A stretch of DNA of 64,000 nucleotides from Candidatus Latescibacterota bacterium (GCA_963791045.1 CAWBQK010000011.1:352635-416634), one strand, 5' to 3'. Numbered from the stretch's first letter, positions 34,163 to 44,465 are shown. A program made the numbers and translations. The notes: generated from the letters alone by a model not told the origin.

Positions 34163-34213
34163 AATAGAGAATTCAGTGAACTCTGTATTGTTTCATTTCA
34201 AGGAGGGACCCCT

Positions 34214-34402
34214 ATGGTGAAGAAGAAAGCTGCCGCCGAACTGATCATTTCGAAAGCCAGGACCAAAGCCGCTTCGAAAAAATGTAACGTGTCGGGCGAG
34301 TTCTACGGTGCGCTGGACAAAAAAGTCCGCGAAATGATCAAGCACGCCGAAGGCCGCGCAGTCGGTAACAAGAGGAAGACGCTCAAAGCCGTCGATCTCT
34401 AA
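34214..34402 (+). CDS. Bacterial histone-fold protein (Bd0055-like singlet)
   Basis: 62 aa, basic; LIISKARTK...NVSGEFYGALDKKVREMIKHAEGRAVGNKRKTLKAVDL with the RKT-x4-D histone signature. Confidence 0.85.
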   Translation: MVKKKAAAELIISKARTKAASKKCNVSGEFYGALDKKVREMIKHAEGRAVGNKRKTLKAVDL

Positions 34403-34446
34403 ACCGAACGAATTTCCAACTCAACAACAATTGCTGAGTTGATATG

Positions 34447-34483
34447 AAAATGGCCCGATCCTCCAGCAGGATCGGGCCTTTTC
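34447..34483. terminator. Bidirectional intrinsic terminator
   Basis: aaaatggcccgatcct-ccagc-aggatcgggcctttt between convergent genes. Confidence 0.8.
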
Positions 34484-34505
34484 GTTGGTATCAAATTGTT
34501 GTCGA

Positions 34506-35159
34506 TCAATACTCCACGATTATTTCTATTTCACCCAACGCTTCAATTGCCGCCACAACACGCTGGTGTTTCTTTTCGGGCGCGACGTATTCGATCTCGA
34601 CGTTGACGTTTTCCGGACCGCTTGATATCGAAATGTCATCGATATGAATTCCAACATGGCTGAACAATCGTTTGACTTGCTGCATACGGTGCGACACATA
34701 CGGGTATCGAAGGACAACGATATGCCGTCGTTGTTTTTGCCCAAGTATGTGTTGAAGTCGCCCCAGAATATTCAATGTGAGGAGAACGAGAATCGTTCCC
34801 GAAAGCGCAAGAATGTATTCGCCCCAACCGATCGTCAATCCAACCGCGGCGACAAACCAAATCGTCGCCGCACTCGTCAGCCCGGTCACCGTGAGTCTGG
34901 CTTTGAGTATGGCGCCCGCCCCAAGGAAGCCGATTCCGGTCATGATCTGGGCCGCGATGCGCGTGGGGTCGGCCGACTGGTTTCCGCTTTGCGAGATTTC
35001 TATCGAGAGGATCATCAGGAGACAGGATCCCATGCACATCAGCATGTTCGTTCGCATCCCCGCGGGTTTCCCCTCGATCTCACGTTGCATCCCGAGTAGA
35101 CCGCCCACGATCAACGCTATGACCATTCTAAGCAAGTATTCCAGATAGACTGTTTCCAT
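34506..35159 (-). CDS. MgtC/SapB family membrane protein
   Basis: KPAGMRTN, DPTRIAAQIMTGIGFLGAG, GLTSAATIW. Confidence 0.92.
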   Translation of the reverse strand: METVYLEYLLRMVIALIVGGLLGMQREIEGKPAGMRTNMLMCMGSCLLMILSIEISQSGNQSADPTRIAAQIMTGIGFLGAGAILKARLTVTGLTSAATIWFVAAVGLTIGWGEYILALSGTILVLLTLNILGRLQHILGQKQRRHIVVLRYPYVSHRMQQVKRLFSHVGIHIDDISISSGPENVNVEIEYVAPEKKHQRVVAAIEALGEIEIIVEY

Positions 35160-35308
35160 GACTTCGATATTCCGCCCCCGAGGGGGCTCTGTCAAGCACT
35201 TGTCACGTCGGAGATTCCCCCGGTGGGGGGTGTTCTCGCCTTGCAAATTGGCCGTGTGAGTGATAGATTACTACAACTCATCCGCACGATTCACAGGGAG
35301 AAATCACG

Positions 35309-36766
35309 TTGGAAAAGATAGTCGGCACAGGTGTTACGTTTGATGACGTTTTGCTGATCCCCGGGAAATCCGAGGTTCATCCCAGCGAAGTCTGCACAAA
35401 GACCCAGCTCACCAAGACGATAGAACTGAACATTCCAATCGTATCGGCGGCGATGGATACGGTGACGGAAGCCGAACTGGCCGTGGCGCTTGCCAGGGCG
35501 GGCGGGATAGGCATCGTTCACAAGAACATGGCCCCGGATATCCAGGCGAGTCATGTCGACCGGGTCAAACGGAGCGAAAGCGTAATCATTTCGAACCCGA
35601 TCACACTCAACCCGGACGAGACGGTGGGCGACGCCCATGCCGTCATGAGGAAATACCAGATTTCCGGCGTGCCCATCACCGACGACGGTGTTCTGGTGGG
35701 GATACTGACCAGTCGTGATCTGCGATTTGTCACGGATGAAGATATCCCCGTACGCGAGGTCATGACATCTGAGGACCTGGTGACGGTGCGAGAGGGCGTC
35801 TCGATGGATGAGGCGAAAAAGATGCTCCACGAGCATCGTATCGAGAAGCTCCCCGTGGTGGATGCCGGTATGCGGGTCAAGGGTCTCATCACTTTTAAAG
35901 ATATCAAGAAAAGTACCGATTTCCCCAACGCGTGCAAGGACTCCGACGGGCGTTTGCGGGTTGGGGCGGCTACGGGTGTCGGAAAAGACGCGATCAAACG
36001 GGTCGACCTGTTGATCGACGCCAATGTCGATGTCGTGGTAATCGATACCGCCCACGGCCATTCCAAAAACGTCCTCGACACGCTTGCCACGATCAAAGAG
36101 CGGCATCCGAAGCTTCAGGTCATCGTCGGCAATATTGCGACGGCAAAGGCCGCGGAGGATCTTATAAAGGCCGGCGCCGACGGGATCAAGATCGGAATGG
36201 GGCCGGGCGCTATCTGTACGACTCGGATCGTTGCCGGTGTTGGAATTCCACAGATCACGGCGATCATGGAATGCGCAAAGGTTGCCGCGAAGGTGGGTAT
36301 ACCGATTATTGCCGATGGCGGTGTCAAGTACAGTGGGGATATTGTGAAAGCCATGGCGGCGGGATCGGACTCAGTAATGATCGGGAGCCTGTTCGCGGGG
36401 ACCGAAGAGAGCCCCGGTCAGATAGAACTCCTGGAAGGACGCGCGTTCAAGATTTATCGGGGAATGGGATCGATCGAGGCGATGCGCTCCGGATCCGGTG
36501 ACCGGTATATGCAGGAAGGCGTCGATGAATCCAAACTTGTCGCCGAAGGCATCGTCGGACGGGTGCCTTACAAGGGAAAACTTGGCGATTCGGTGTACCA
36601 ACTGGTTGGTGGGTTGAGATCGGGGATGGGATATTGTGGGGTCGGTACGATTGCCGATCTGAAAAAGAAGACCAAATTTATTCAGGTTACCGCGGCAGGC
36701 TTGAGAGAAAGCCACCCGCACGATGTAATGATAACAAAAGAAGCTCCGAATTATCGTCTGAGTTAG
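35309..36766 (+). CDS. guaB: IMP dehydrogenase
   Basis: [18 protein letters not shown] pair, [15 protein letters not shown]. Confidence 0.98.
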   Translation: MEKIVGTGVTFDDVLLIPGKSEVHPSEVCTKTQLTKTIELNIPIVSAAMDTVTEAELAVALARAGGIGIVHKNMAPDIQASHVDRVKRSESVIISNPITLNPDETVGDAHAVMRKYQISGVPITDDGVLVGILTSRDLRFVTDEDIPVREVMTSEDLVTVREGVSMDEAKKMLHEHRIEKLPVVDAGMRVKGLITFKDIKKSTDFPNACKDSDGRLRVGAATGVGKDAIKRVDLLIDANVDVVVIDTAHGHSKNVLDTLATIKERHPKLQVIVGNIATAKAAEDLIKAGADGIKIGMGPGAICTTRIVAGVGIPQITAIMECAKVAAKVGIPIIADGGVKYSGDIVKAMAAGSDSVMIGSLFAGTEESPGQIELLEGRAFKIYRGMGSIEAMRSGSGDRYMQEGVDESKLVAEGIVGRVPYKGKLGDSVYQLVGGLRSGMGYCGVGTIADLKKKTKFIQVTAAGLRESHPHDVMITKEAPNYRLS

Positions 36767-36775
36767 GACGAACTG

Positions 36776-37615
36776 ATGACATGGCACGGACAAATTAACA
36801 GAACGATCTGGGAGGTCAAGCACCTCTTAGAGAAGAATCCCAAAGACTTCAGACTGAGACGAGAGCTGCTCCGCACTTATTTTCTCCAGCGTTTCGAATA
36901 CGACAGAAGCCACCATATCCCGAGGGACGACCGGTCCTTCCTTTTTCTCCAGGATGGGCGCGCCCCCGCGACGCTGCTTCTCCATGGCGCCAAGGGCACT
37001 CCCGCGGAGATGCGCGACCTTGGAAACTACCTGTATTCGAAGGGCTTCACTGTTTTCTGCCCCCGGATGTCGCGATTCGACGCGAAGGACAATCCGGTGA
37101 CCTGGGAATCATGGGTCACGCACGCCGAGTCCGCGTTAACGACTGTCATGGAGTACTCGCAAAAGACCGTTGTAATTGGGTTGAGTCTTGGTGGAACGGT
37201 TGGAGTTGTTCTGGAGAGGCTTCATGATTTCTCCGCACTTGTTCTCCTGGCGCCCGCCGTGGTTCCGCGGCTTGGGTTCAAGGACCGTGTCCGGGCCATC
37301 GCCCGGCACGTCGCGCCGTCATGGTTTTTTAAGAACTCGGGGTGGGACGGCGAAGTGGTCAAAGCCATGGAGTTTCTTAGAAAAGAACCCGAGGAAATTA
37401 CCTCGCCCACACTCGTACTCCAGGCGCTTGACGATCGTGCGTTGTCGACAAAAGGGCTCAAACTCATGCGAAAATGGGTGACGCACACGGACAGCGAAGT
37501 CGTTCTGCTTCCCACAGGCACGCACGCTCTGACACGTGGAACGGCCAGGGAGCAGGTTTTCGAGCGCGTGTACGATTTCACCGAACAACGCGGCATCATC
37601 CAACCCGCCGAATAA
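36776..37615 (+). CDS. Alpha/beta hydrolase (carboxylesterase-like)
   Basis: LLHG, GLSLGG nucleophile elbow, D and H triad candidates. Confidence 0.85.
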   Translation: MTWHGQINRTIWEVKHLLEKNPKDFRLRRELLRTYFLQRFEYDRSHHIPRDDRSFLFLQDGRAPATLLLHGAKGTPAEMRDLGNYLYSKGFTVFCPRMSRFDAKDNPVTWESWVTHAESALTTVMEYSQKTVVIGLSLGGTVGVVLERLHDFSALVLLAPAVVPRLGFKDRVRAIARHVAPSWFFKNSGWDGEVVKAMEFLRKEPEEITSPTLVLQALDDRALSTKGLKLMRKWVTHTDSEVVLLPTGTHALTRGTAREQVFERVYDFTEQRGIIQPAE

Positions 37616-37661
37616 CACAAGAATTCGACAAAGCGGCGTGTCTCTACGATGGGGCCCAGAT

Positions 37662-37786
37662 GGAGACGGTGTGGTCTTTCGAATGGCCCTGTTCCGGGTT
37701 CAGTCGGCTAACTGTCGGCCAGCCGACAGTGGATCCTCGCTCGCACCGAAGCGGAGCGAGGGCCAGAGAAAGACCGCACCGTCTCC
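37662..37786. repeat. Palindromic repeat element, copy 2
   Basis: ggagacggtgtggtctttc / gaaagaccgcaccgtctcc arms. Confidence 0.8.
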
Positions 37787-37835
37787 TTTGGCGACAGTAC
37801 CCGTGCCGGTTTTTGACTACCGTCGCTTGTGCGGC

Positions 37836-38638
37836 TTAGTCTTCGATGTGGAAATTGAATGTGCTGTCGATTTTTTGGATCTGATCGGCGAGGGATTCGA
37901 CTTCTTCGCGCAGTTTTGCGTCCCGGGTTTCCATGTACTTCGAGTACACATCGAGAAAGCGGTCCTGAAGGGATTTCAACTCCCTCGAGACTTCCGCGCG
38001 GTCGACCTCGCGTTCCAGATGGTAGACCTCGCCGGCGCTCAACCGGTCGAGAATATTGAAGTACTCACCACGCATGTGACTCAGGATTTCGACATAGCGC
38101 TCGAAGCCGGTCGAAAGCTTTTCGAGGATTTCAGTGATCCCCGTTGATTTCTTGAACATCTCCTGGCTGTAGGTGTACGCGAAACTGTAGTACGCCATGC
38201 CCTTCCCATCGACGCCTCTTCGGAGTTCTTGAAGATCTTCGCGGTGTCCGGTTTTTTTCTGTCGGCATTATTGAAGATCCCTATCGATATCAACAGGAAA
38301 TCAGCGTTGGTCTTGTAGATTGTGTATTTCAGCCGGGCGTCGGTCGAGTTTTCAATTTTAGCAAACAGATTCGAGTCGTACGGGGATATGTATTGTCGGG
38401 ACCGGCTGTGGTACTCCGGCTTCATGAACGAGCACAGCAGGTTCGCCAGGTAAATGTTCACGTCTTCGTCGTAGCATTCCTGGTTGGACGGGTGCCCGGA
38501 TTCGAGACGGCTATAAAGCAAGCAATTGAGCATGAATGAAAAGGTCGGTTCGACCTCTCTTTTGGTGCTTGGTCCCAGATTGGTGTGCAGATCAAAACCC
38601 AAAGGTGTTTTCTCCGTGTTGTAGGACCCGACCCCCAT
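37836..38638 (-). CDS. Conserved-looking all-helical hypothetical protein (one frameshift near 38200)
   Basis: ORF 38081-38737 joins 37836-38198: DEDVNIYLANLL...NADFLLISIGIF...AYYSFAYTY...LEKLSTGFERYVEIL. Confidence 0.7.
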
Positions 38639-38663
38639 GCCCTGTTCGTCCGGTGTCAAATAA

Positions 38664-38679
38664 TGCAATCTTTGTGCCA
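38664..38679 (-). promoter_or_regulatory. Sigma-54 promoter
   Basis: TGGCAC-AAAGA-TTGCA, a perfect -24/-12 consensus. Confidence 0.8.
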
Positions 38680-39077
38680 CACATCTACCGGGGCGATGAT
38701 AGAACCTTTTGCCGCACATTGAGTTCTGCGATCGCAATTCCGCCCCCCCTGGACGGTTCTCGACGGCCCAAACCGGAGGGCGTCGGGACCATCGCGCGAT
38801 GGCGGCCGCGCAGCATGTAACTCACATGGTGATAGTTTGTTATGGAGGATCCTCCTGTCTTTAGACAGATTCAAATGCAAAAATTGTCGAAAACACGCCC
38901 TTCAGTGTTTCCAAAACCCTTGACTTGCGGTATACTGAAACCTAATTATTACCGATATTGAATTATAACTTCATTAGAGATAGTTGGTTACGCACCCGAC
39001 GGTTCGACTCTCGCCGCATGGCCCATTGATGACTGCCCCGCTGATTTTTAGGGGGCGGCATAACAGGAGGGTGGAAA

Positions 39078-39884
39078 TTGAAAGTCGGATTTCTCCAGTT
39101 GAGACCGAAGTTCGGGAACGTCAAGGCTAACGTCCGTGCTGCTAAGTCGCTGCTGAAAAATGTCAGCGATGCCATCATCGTCCTTCCCGAGCTTTTCAAT
39201 ACCGGTTACCTCTTCCGCAGTAAAGACGAGTTGAAAGACCTCGCCGAGTCGACGACGACCGGCTACACCGTTGGCGAGATGAAGAAGATCGCCAAACAGA
39301 AGAATCTAAGTCTCGTTTTCGGAATTGCCGAGAAAAAGGGGCGCAGATTCTACAACACTTCAGTCCTTGTGACCTCTAAAGGGAAAATTTTCACCTATCA
39401 GAAAACACATCTCTTCGACCGGGAGAAACTGTTTTTCTCGCCGGGAGAGAAGAGCTATGAGGTGCATGATGTCGATGGCGCGAAAATCGGGATGATGGTG
39501 TGTTTTGACTGGTGTTTCCCGGAAGTGACGCGCGTGCTCGCACTCAAGGGTGCCCAGATCATTTGTCACCCGGCGAATCTCATACTCCCACACGGCCAGG
39601 CGGCCATGCGCACCCGATCGATCGAAAACCGCGTATTTACGATTACGGCGAACAGAATCGGAACCGAAAAACGCCCCAACGTGTCGATAACGTTTACCGG
39701 TCACAGCCAGATCATCGATCCCTCAGGTGTCGAACTTGCGAGTGTCGGCGATCGCAGCGAATCGCTGAAGATCGTAGAGATCGACCTTGCGGAAGCGGAC
39801 AACAAGTCGATCAACACCAACAACGATTTGTTCAAGGACCGGAAAGTGGCGCTCTACAAGCCGCTTCTTCGTAAGTCCGTTTAA
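39078..39884 (+). CDS. Carbon-nitrogen hydrolase (nitrilase superfamily)
   Basis: LPELFNTGY, YQKTHLF, VCFDW: E-K-C triad. Confidence 0.92.
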   Translation: MKVGFLQLRPKFGNVKANVRAAKSLLKNVSDAIIVLPELFNTGYLFRSKDELKDLAESTTTGYTVGEMKKIAKQKNLSLVFGIAEKKGRRFYNTSVLVTSKGKIFTYQKTHLFDREKLFFSPGEKSYEVHDVDGAKIGMMVCFDWCFPEVTRVLALKGAQIICHPANLILPHGQAAMRTRSIENRVFTITANRIGTEKRPNVSITFTGHSQIIDPSGVELASVGDRSESLKIVEIDLAEADNKSINTNNDLFKDRKVALYKPLLRKSV

Positions 39885-40044
39885 TAAAACGGGTCCGTGC
39901 ATTTTGAGAACGCGACATCTCCGCTCCGCACTCCGTGCAAACTGCAAAGTACGTCCCAACTCCCGTTGGTATGACGTGATTTCAAAACCCATGTGAAGTC
40001 AATAGGTTATGAAGTCTCCTCTGCGCCGCTCGCCGCTTTGCCGC

Positions 40045-40059
40045 TGGCATGGTACTTGC
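40045..40059 (+). promoter_or_regulatory. Sigma-54 promoter (IHF-like site at 39997-40009)
   Basis: TGGCAT-GGTAC-TTGC; AGTCAAtaggTTA upstream. Confidence 0.7.
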
Positions 40060-40132
40060 GAATTTGCCCGCCTGCAACAAGTCTAGCTACCCGTACGCAA
40101 TATAGATTTCTACTTAGACAAGGAGTTCGGTT

Positions 40133-42070
40133 GTGAAAAGGACAAAGCTCCCGGCGCTGACATCACCATGGAAGATCGGCTTTTTCGTTTCGCTTATGCT
40201 GGTGTCTGTCAGTGTTGGCGTCGCGTATTTCTTCATCAACAAATTCGGCGTGTCGTGGAATTGGCTCGACAAGAACGAGTGGATGGCTGTTATCAGGGGG
40301 GAAGGGTTTGTTTACGAGCTTTTGCCCGCTATCGCGCTTGTCGCCGTGACCGCGATGTTCTCCTATCTGGTGATCGCCAGAGCTGTACGCAAATACAAGC
40401 GCTATCTTGACTCCGGACTCGACTACAAAAATCTGCTGATGTCTCTCAAAGAGGCCAAGGATCTCGAGGACATTTCCAAAATTGAAAAGATCAGAAATAA
40501 TCCCGAACTCAAACGCCTCCTTCTCGGTGTGTCCGAACAGTTGTCGGAGCAGCGTGAAGCGCTTGTCCAGCGCGAAAACGAGATGGAGCAGATGACGGAT
40601 GACGCGGTTATCGCCAAGCACGAGGAACTTACGGAAGGATTCGCCGCGCAGTGTGAAAGTCTGGCCACGGCGATCCGCGAAGGCGCGGATGACTTGATGT
40701 CACCGGAGACGGGCGTGTCGAACTTGAGTTTGCGCACCCTGGGCGAAGCCATCCAGAACCGTCTCGAAACGGCGCCACCGGCCGATGCTGGGGCAGGGGC
40801 GCCCGGCGTCTCCGTCGAGACAAGCGCGGTTGTTCTCGGCCAACTCGATGAAATCACAACCGAACTCAGAGAAAGTTCAAACGGCGCCAAAGAAATTGAA
40901 AAACTACTCAAAGAAATGTCCGGAATTGGCGGGCCTGAGACGGACAAAGGACGTCTTGACGCGGCCAGGGGTGAGATTCGGGGCGCCCTCGATACATTGA
41001 AATCGCTCGACGAGTTGTCCACGTCACTCGATGTTATGAGCGAAGAGGCTAGGGGGATCGCGATCAGCACGGCCCTCCACGCGGGATCCGGCGAGGGAAC
41101 ACAGGATGATCTTATCCGGCTCGCCGAAGAGGTCAAAGAGATCGCCATGCGTTTTAAAGAGGGCACCGAAAGCTTCTCCCAGGTGGCATCCGGTATGAGG
41201 TCGTCGATGGGATCGCTCGAGGCGTTTATTGGCGGCGAAATGCGACCGGAGACGCCGGAGGCCGATCCGCGCCATTCGTTTTTGTCGCTGTCCAACAGGG
41301 TGTCTCTCTGGGTCGAGCGCGTGATGGTTCTAACCGAAAAAGTGGCCGGTCTTCAGGCCGCCGCCGAAGAGCCAGTTGCATCGGCGGTCGCCCCGGCCGC
41401 TTTTAAGTCTCCGGAGCCGGAAGACGTGGCTGCGGCGGATTCGGATGACGCTTTTGAAAAAACAGAAGCGGGGGCGAGATTCCCCGAGCAAGGGCAAGAA
41501 TTTGGTTTTGAGATGCTCGACAGGAGCAAGTCTCTCTTTAGCGATTCCACCGACGCGCCAGAGACGGCCGAACCGGAAGTTCCGCAAGATGCGGGGATCT
41601 TCGAGGAGATGTCTGCGGAGAGCGCTGATGAGGCGGATGCAACGGATCATGCGGAACTGGGCGATGAAGAGCCGGTAGAAGAGCGCACAACCGATGAAGC
41701 ATTGTCGGCCGACCAGGCGGATGTAACCGGGGAGAAAGAAGAGGCGTCCGAGATTCCAGCGGAGCCCGAAGTAAAAGATACGGCGCTTCCTGGTTTCGAG
41801 ACTTTTGCCAGGCAGACCACGCCGGAGTACGAAGCCCCATCACAGCCGGCGGAAGCCGAGCGGTTCAACGTGGACGAAGACCGGTTTGGAAGTCAAAAAG
41901 ACCGGCTCCAACCGTTCGAAGATACGTTCGAATCGGGATCAAATTTGAAGGCGCAGGAAAAAGAGAAAGCAGAACCGGCACCCGAAACATCACAACCCGA
42001 AGAGCTGGGCGACGTCGTCGACCTCTATGCATTGGGCGCGGTTGACTACGACGAAGCAGTTCACGGTTAA
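40133..42070 (+). CDS. Degenerate methyl-accepting chemotaxis-like protein with a long acidic tail
   Basis: Two TM helices, coiled coil, EEARGIAISTALHAGSGEG...LAEEVKEIAMR resembling the MCP hairpin tip. Confidence 0.65.
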   Translation: MKRTKLPALTSPWKIGFFVSLMLVSVSVGVAYFFINKFGVSWNWLDKNEWMAVIRGEGFVYELLPAIALVAVTAMFSYLVIARAVRKYKRYLDSGLDYKNLLMSLKEAKDLEDISKIEKIRNNPELKRLLLGVSEQLSEQREALVQRENEMEQMTDDAVIAKHEELTEGFAAQCESLATAIREGADDLMSPETGVSNLSLRTLGEAIQNRLETAPPADAGAGAPGVSVETSAVVLGQLDEITTELRESSNGAKEIEKLLKEMSGIGGPETDKGRLDAARGEIRGALDTLKSLDELSTSLDVMSEEARGIAISTALHAGSGEGTQDDLIRLAEEVKEIAMRFKEGTESFSQVASGMRSSMGSLEAFIGGEMRPETPEADPRHSFLSLSNRVSLWVERVMVLTEKVAGLQAAAEEPVASAVAPAAFKSPEPEDVAAADSDDAFEKTEAGARFPEQGQEFGFEMLDRSKSLFSDSTDAPETAEPEVPQDAGIFEEMSAESADEADATDHAELGDEEPVEERTTDEALSADQADVTGEKEEASEIPAEPEVKDTALPGFETFARQTTPEYEAPSQPAEAERFNVDEDRFGSQKDRLQPFEDTFESGSNLKAQEKEKAEPAPETSQPEELGDVVDLYALGAVDYDEAVHG

Positions 42071-42094
42071 AACACGATCCAGGGAGCCAATGGA

Positions 42095-44248
42095 ATGGCG
42101 AACAAACTCGACAGCACGAGCCTGTTTCTAGCACAGATGAACCAGAACGCCGAAATACTCGGCGAATTGCTGGGTGGTGGTGTGGGAGATCGAATCGACA
42201 CAGAGATGCTGGCGCGTGCGATTGTTGGCACGAACATGCTTTCCCAGAGTGCGGCGCTGATGGACCTTCCCGAGTGGTGCAATGCGCTCCAATCGTTCCG
42301 GGCGTTGCTGGATCTCTATAAGGATGGCGAACTACCGTGGGACGAGAGAATCGCCCAGATTACTTCTGAAATAATTGAGAAAGAAGATTTGCTGGCAGCG
42401 AGCGCCGGCGAGAGCAATCTCGCCGGTGTTTCAGACGAAGAGCTGGCCGCTCTGTCGAGAGAAGTAAGCGAACTATTGGAATATGCCGGCGAGGCCGGCA
42501 TTGCGGCGGATGAAGAACCGGACGCCGTCGAGGAAGCGGATGCGGACACGATCACGTCGCAAACTGTGGAGCCCATGGAACCCCCAAAGACCATAGAAAC
42601 CATGGAGTCCACGGAGACTGCGGAGCCCGTGGAGGAAACGCCCGCCCCGGTCGATCAAAAAGAATCGACGCCAAGAATTCTGGACGCGTGCATGTCAGAG
42701 CTTCGCCGCCACACCGAAACCCTTTTCGAGAGATGGGATTCCCCGGAGGGGATTGGAGAAGAGTCTTCGCCCTCGCTTGGCGAGACACGAAAAACCCTCG
42801 CGCTAATCGATTTCTACGCTGCGGCTCTCAAACGGATTATCGATGTGACGAACCGATGTGGCGAAGCAACGATGATCGATTCTCTATCGCCGATTCGCAT
42901 CGCCCTCGAGGACGGCGCCCGGGCGTACTGCGAGGGGACGGAGCGGGACTTCGAACTCGTGTGCACCGGCGAGGAATACTCGATCGATGCCCGTCTTCTT
43001 GAACGTGTGCAGGTCGTTCTCCAGCATTTGATTGGAGACACCCTTCTCCGGTGCAACGGTGAGGAGCGGCTGCGAATTGAGCTTTCTATCGAGAAGAAAA
43101 ACGGAGTTCTCTTCTGGTCGCTAGGTGACAACGGCGACAATTTTATGACGGATTCACGACTCGACCGCGACGAGTGTCTCGCGTTCTACCCGGGTCTTCG
43201 AAAAGTCCGCAAGGAGCTCGTGGATCTTCAGAGTCTTCTCTGGGTGGAACCCGATGGAAGCGGCAAGAACCGGTTTGCGTTTACGACACCGGTGTCGCTC
43301 GAGGATGGGCGTTTTATGGTATGGGGAAACGATGGCGACAGTATTGCGGTCTTTGCAAATCAGATCGCGGGAATCCACGAGCTTGACGAGATCGAAGTGA
43401 TCGATGATTCGCGCGGAGAGAACGTGACCATCGATGGCCGCAGGATTCGGGTTCTTCGCCTGGGACAGCTCCTGGCCGGTGGCCCCGAAGATGGTGACAG
43501 AATCGTCGTTATCGGATCCCTTGAGACGAGAATTGCTTTCTTCGTGGATGGCGAAGGTACGTCGGAGGACGGGATCTGGAAAAAAGAGGCCGTCCCGACC
43601 TGGCGGGGTATGGAAAACGGCGTTGTGCAGGTGCGCGACCGGCGCGTTCCGCTCATCGATGCGAATGAACTACTCAAGAGATACATGGCCATCGTTGACG
43701 CGGTGGCCGAAGAGGACGTTTCCGGGGGAGTCGATACTGAAGTATCTGATCCTTCCCATGCGCAGGCACACATGGAGTTAGATGCTCAAACTCCCCCGGA
43801 GCGATTGAATGAGGAATGTGATGACGAGGTGAAAGCGGCCACGGCCGGGACAATGGCCGGCGGGGATGTTGATGTGCTCGTCGTCGAGCAGAGCAACTCG
43901 CTCCGATCGACGCTCGAGACGATCCTTACCGAGAAAACGATCAATACTATAGCAGTGGATGGGCTCGACGACGCGCTTGCCTATCTGAAGGCGGGTTCTC
44001 CCAGGCTTATTATAAGCGACTTCAGGGTGCCGTCGATGTCGGCCAAGGCATTGGTGGATGAACTCGGAAGCGAGGGCAAAAATATTCCCGTTCTGGTAAC
44101 TACGGCGCACCAGGGGGAAAACGCGGACGTCCTGGTGGACCGATTGGGTGTCGCGGGTTACATCTGCAAACCGCTCGAACGCGACGACGTGTTGTCCAGG
44201 GTTGGAACGTTTCTCGAAAGTGCCGATGCGGGTGGATTGGGGAGTTAG
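42095..44248 (+). CDS. CheA-like hybrid (Hpt-like, HATPase-like, CheW, REC), degenerate kinase
   Basis: FELVCTGEEYSIDARLLE...LQHLIGD, LGDNG, FAFTTPVSL, RIAFFVD, REC IISDFRVP...GYICKP. Confidence 0.75.
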   Translation: MANKLDSTSLFLAQMNQNAEILGELLGGGVGDRIDTEMLARAIVGTNMLSQSAALMDLPEWCNALQSFRALLDLYKDGELPWDERIAQITSEIIEKEDLLAASAGESNLAGVSDEELAALSREVSELLEYAGEAGIAADEEPDAVEEADADTITSQTVEPMEPPKTIETMESTETAEPVEETPAPVDQKESTPRILDACMSELRRHTETLFERWDSPEGIGEESSPSLGETRKTLALIDFYAAALKRIIDVTNRCGEATMIDSLSPIRIALEDGARAYCEGTERDFELVCTGEEYSIDARLLERVQVVLQHLIGDTLLRCNGEERLRIELSIEKKNGVLFWSLGDNGDNFMTDSRLDRDECLAFYPGLRKVRKELVDLQSLLWVEPDGSGKNRFAFTTPVSLEDGRFMVWGNDGDSIAVFANQIAGIHELDEIEVIDDSRGENVTIDGRRIRVLRLGQLLAGGPEDGDRIVVIGSLETRIAFFVDGEGTSEDGIWKKEAVPTWRGMENGVVQVRDRRVPLIDANELLKRYMAIVDAVAEEDVSGGVDTEVSDPSHAQAHMELDAQTPPERLNEECDDEVKAATAGTMAGGDVDVLVVEQSNSLRSTLETILTEKTINTIAVDGLDDALAYLKAGSPRLIISDFRVPSMSAKALVDELGSEGKNIPVLVTTAHQGENADVLVDRLGVAGYICKPLERDDVLSRVGTFLESADAGGLGS

Positions 44249-44390
44249 AAAGGGTCGCAAATTGAGACGAGCGCGCCTCGCCGGGTGTGGCGCGAAAACG
44301 AGCAAGGCGCTCCTAATTTTTGTAGATTTGCAACTTGCGTAATTACAGTAGTTTACAGATTAGGTGTTCCGTATTGTTGACACGTCTGAT

Positions 44391-44406
44391 TGGTATGTTT
44401 CGTGCT
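44391..44406 (+). promoter_or_regulatory. Possible sigma-54 promoter
   Basis: TGGTAT-GTTTC-GTGCT (GG-N10-GC). Confidence 0.45.
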
Positions 44407-44465
44407 TAATCCAGATTCAGGTACATTTCTTTAAAAATTTTGTCGAACAAAAAGGACGGATCCTA

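Noticed and set aside
38995-39060. tRNA/tmRNA 3' remnant (GGTTCGACTC) as an att site
   Set aside because: No T-stem or acceptor pairing, no matching repeat and no integrase in the window
42560-42640. 9-bp quasi-repeats in the CheA-like gene
   Set aside because: Low-complexity E/P/T linker between domains, common in CheA proteins
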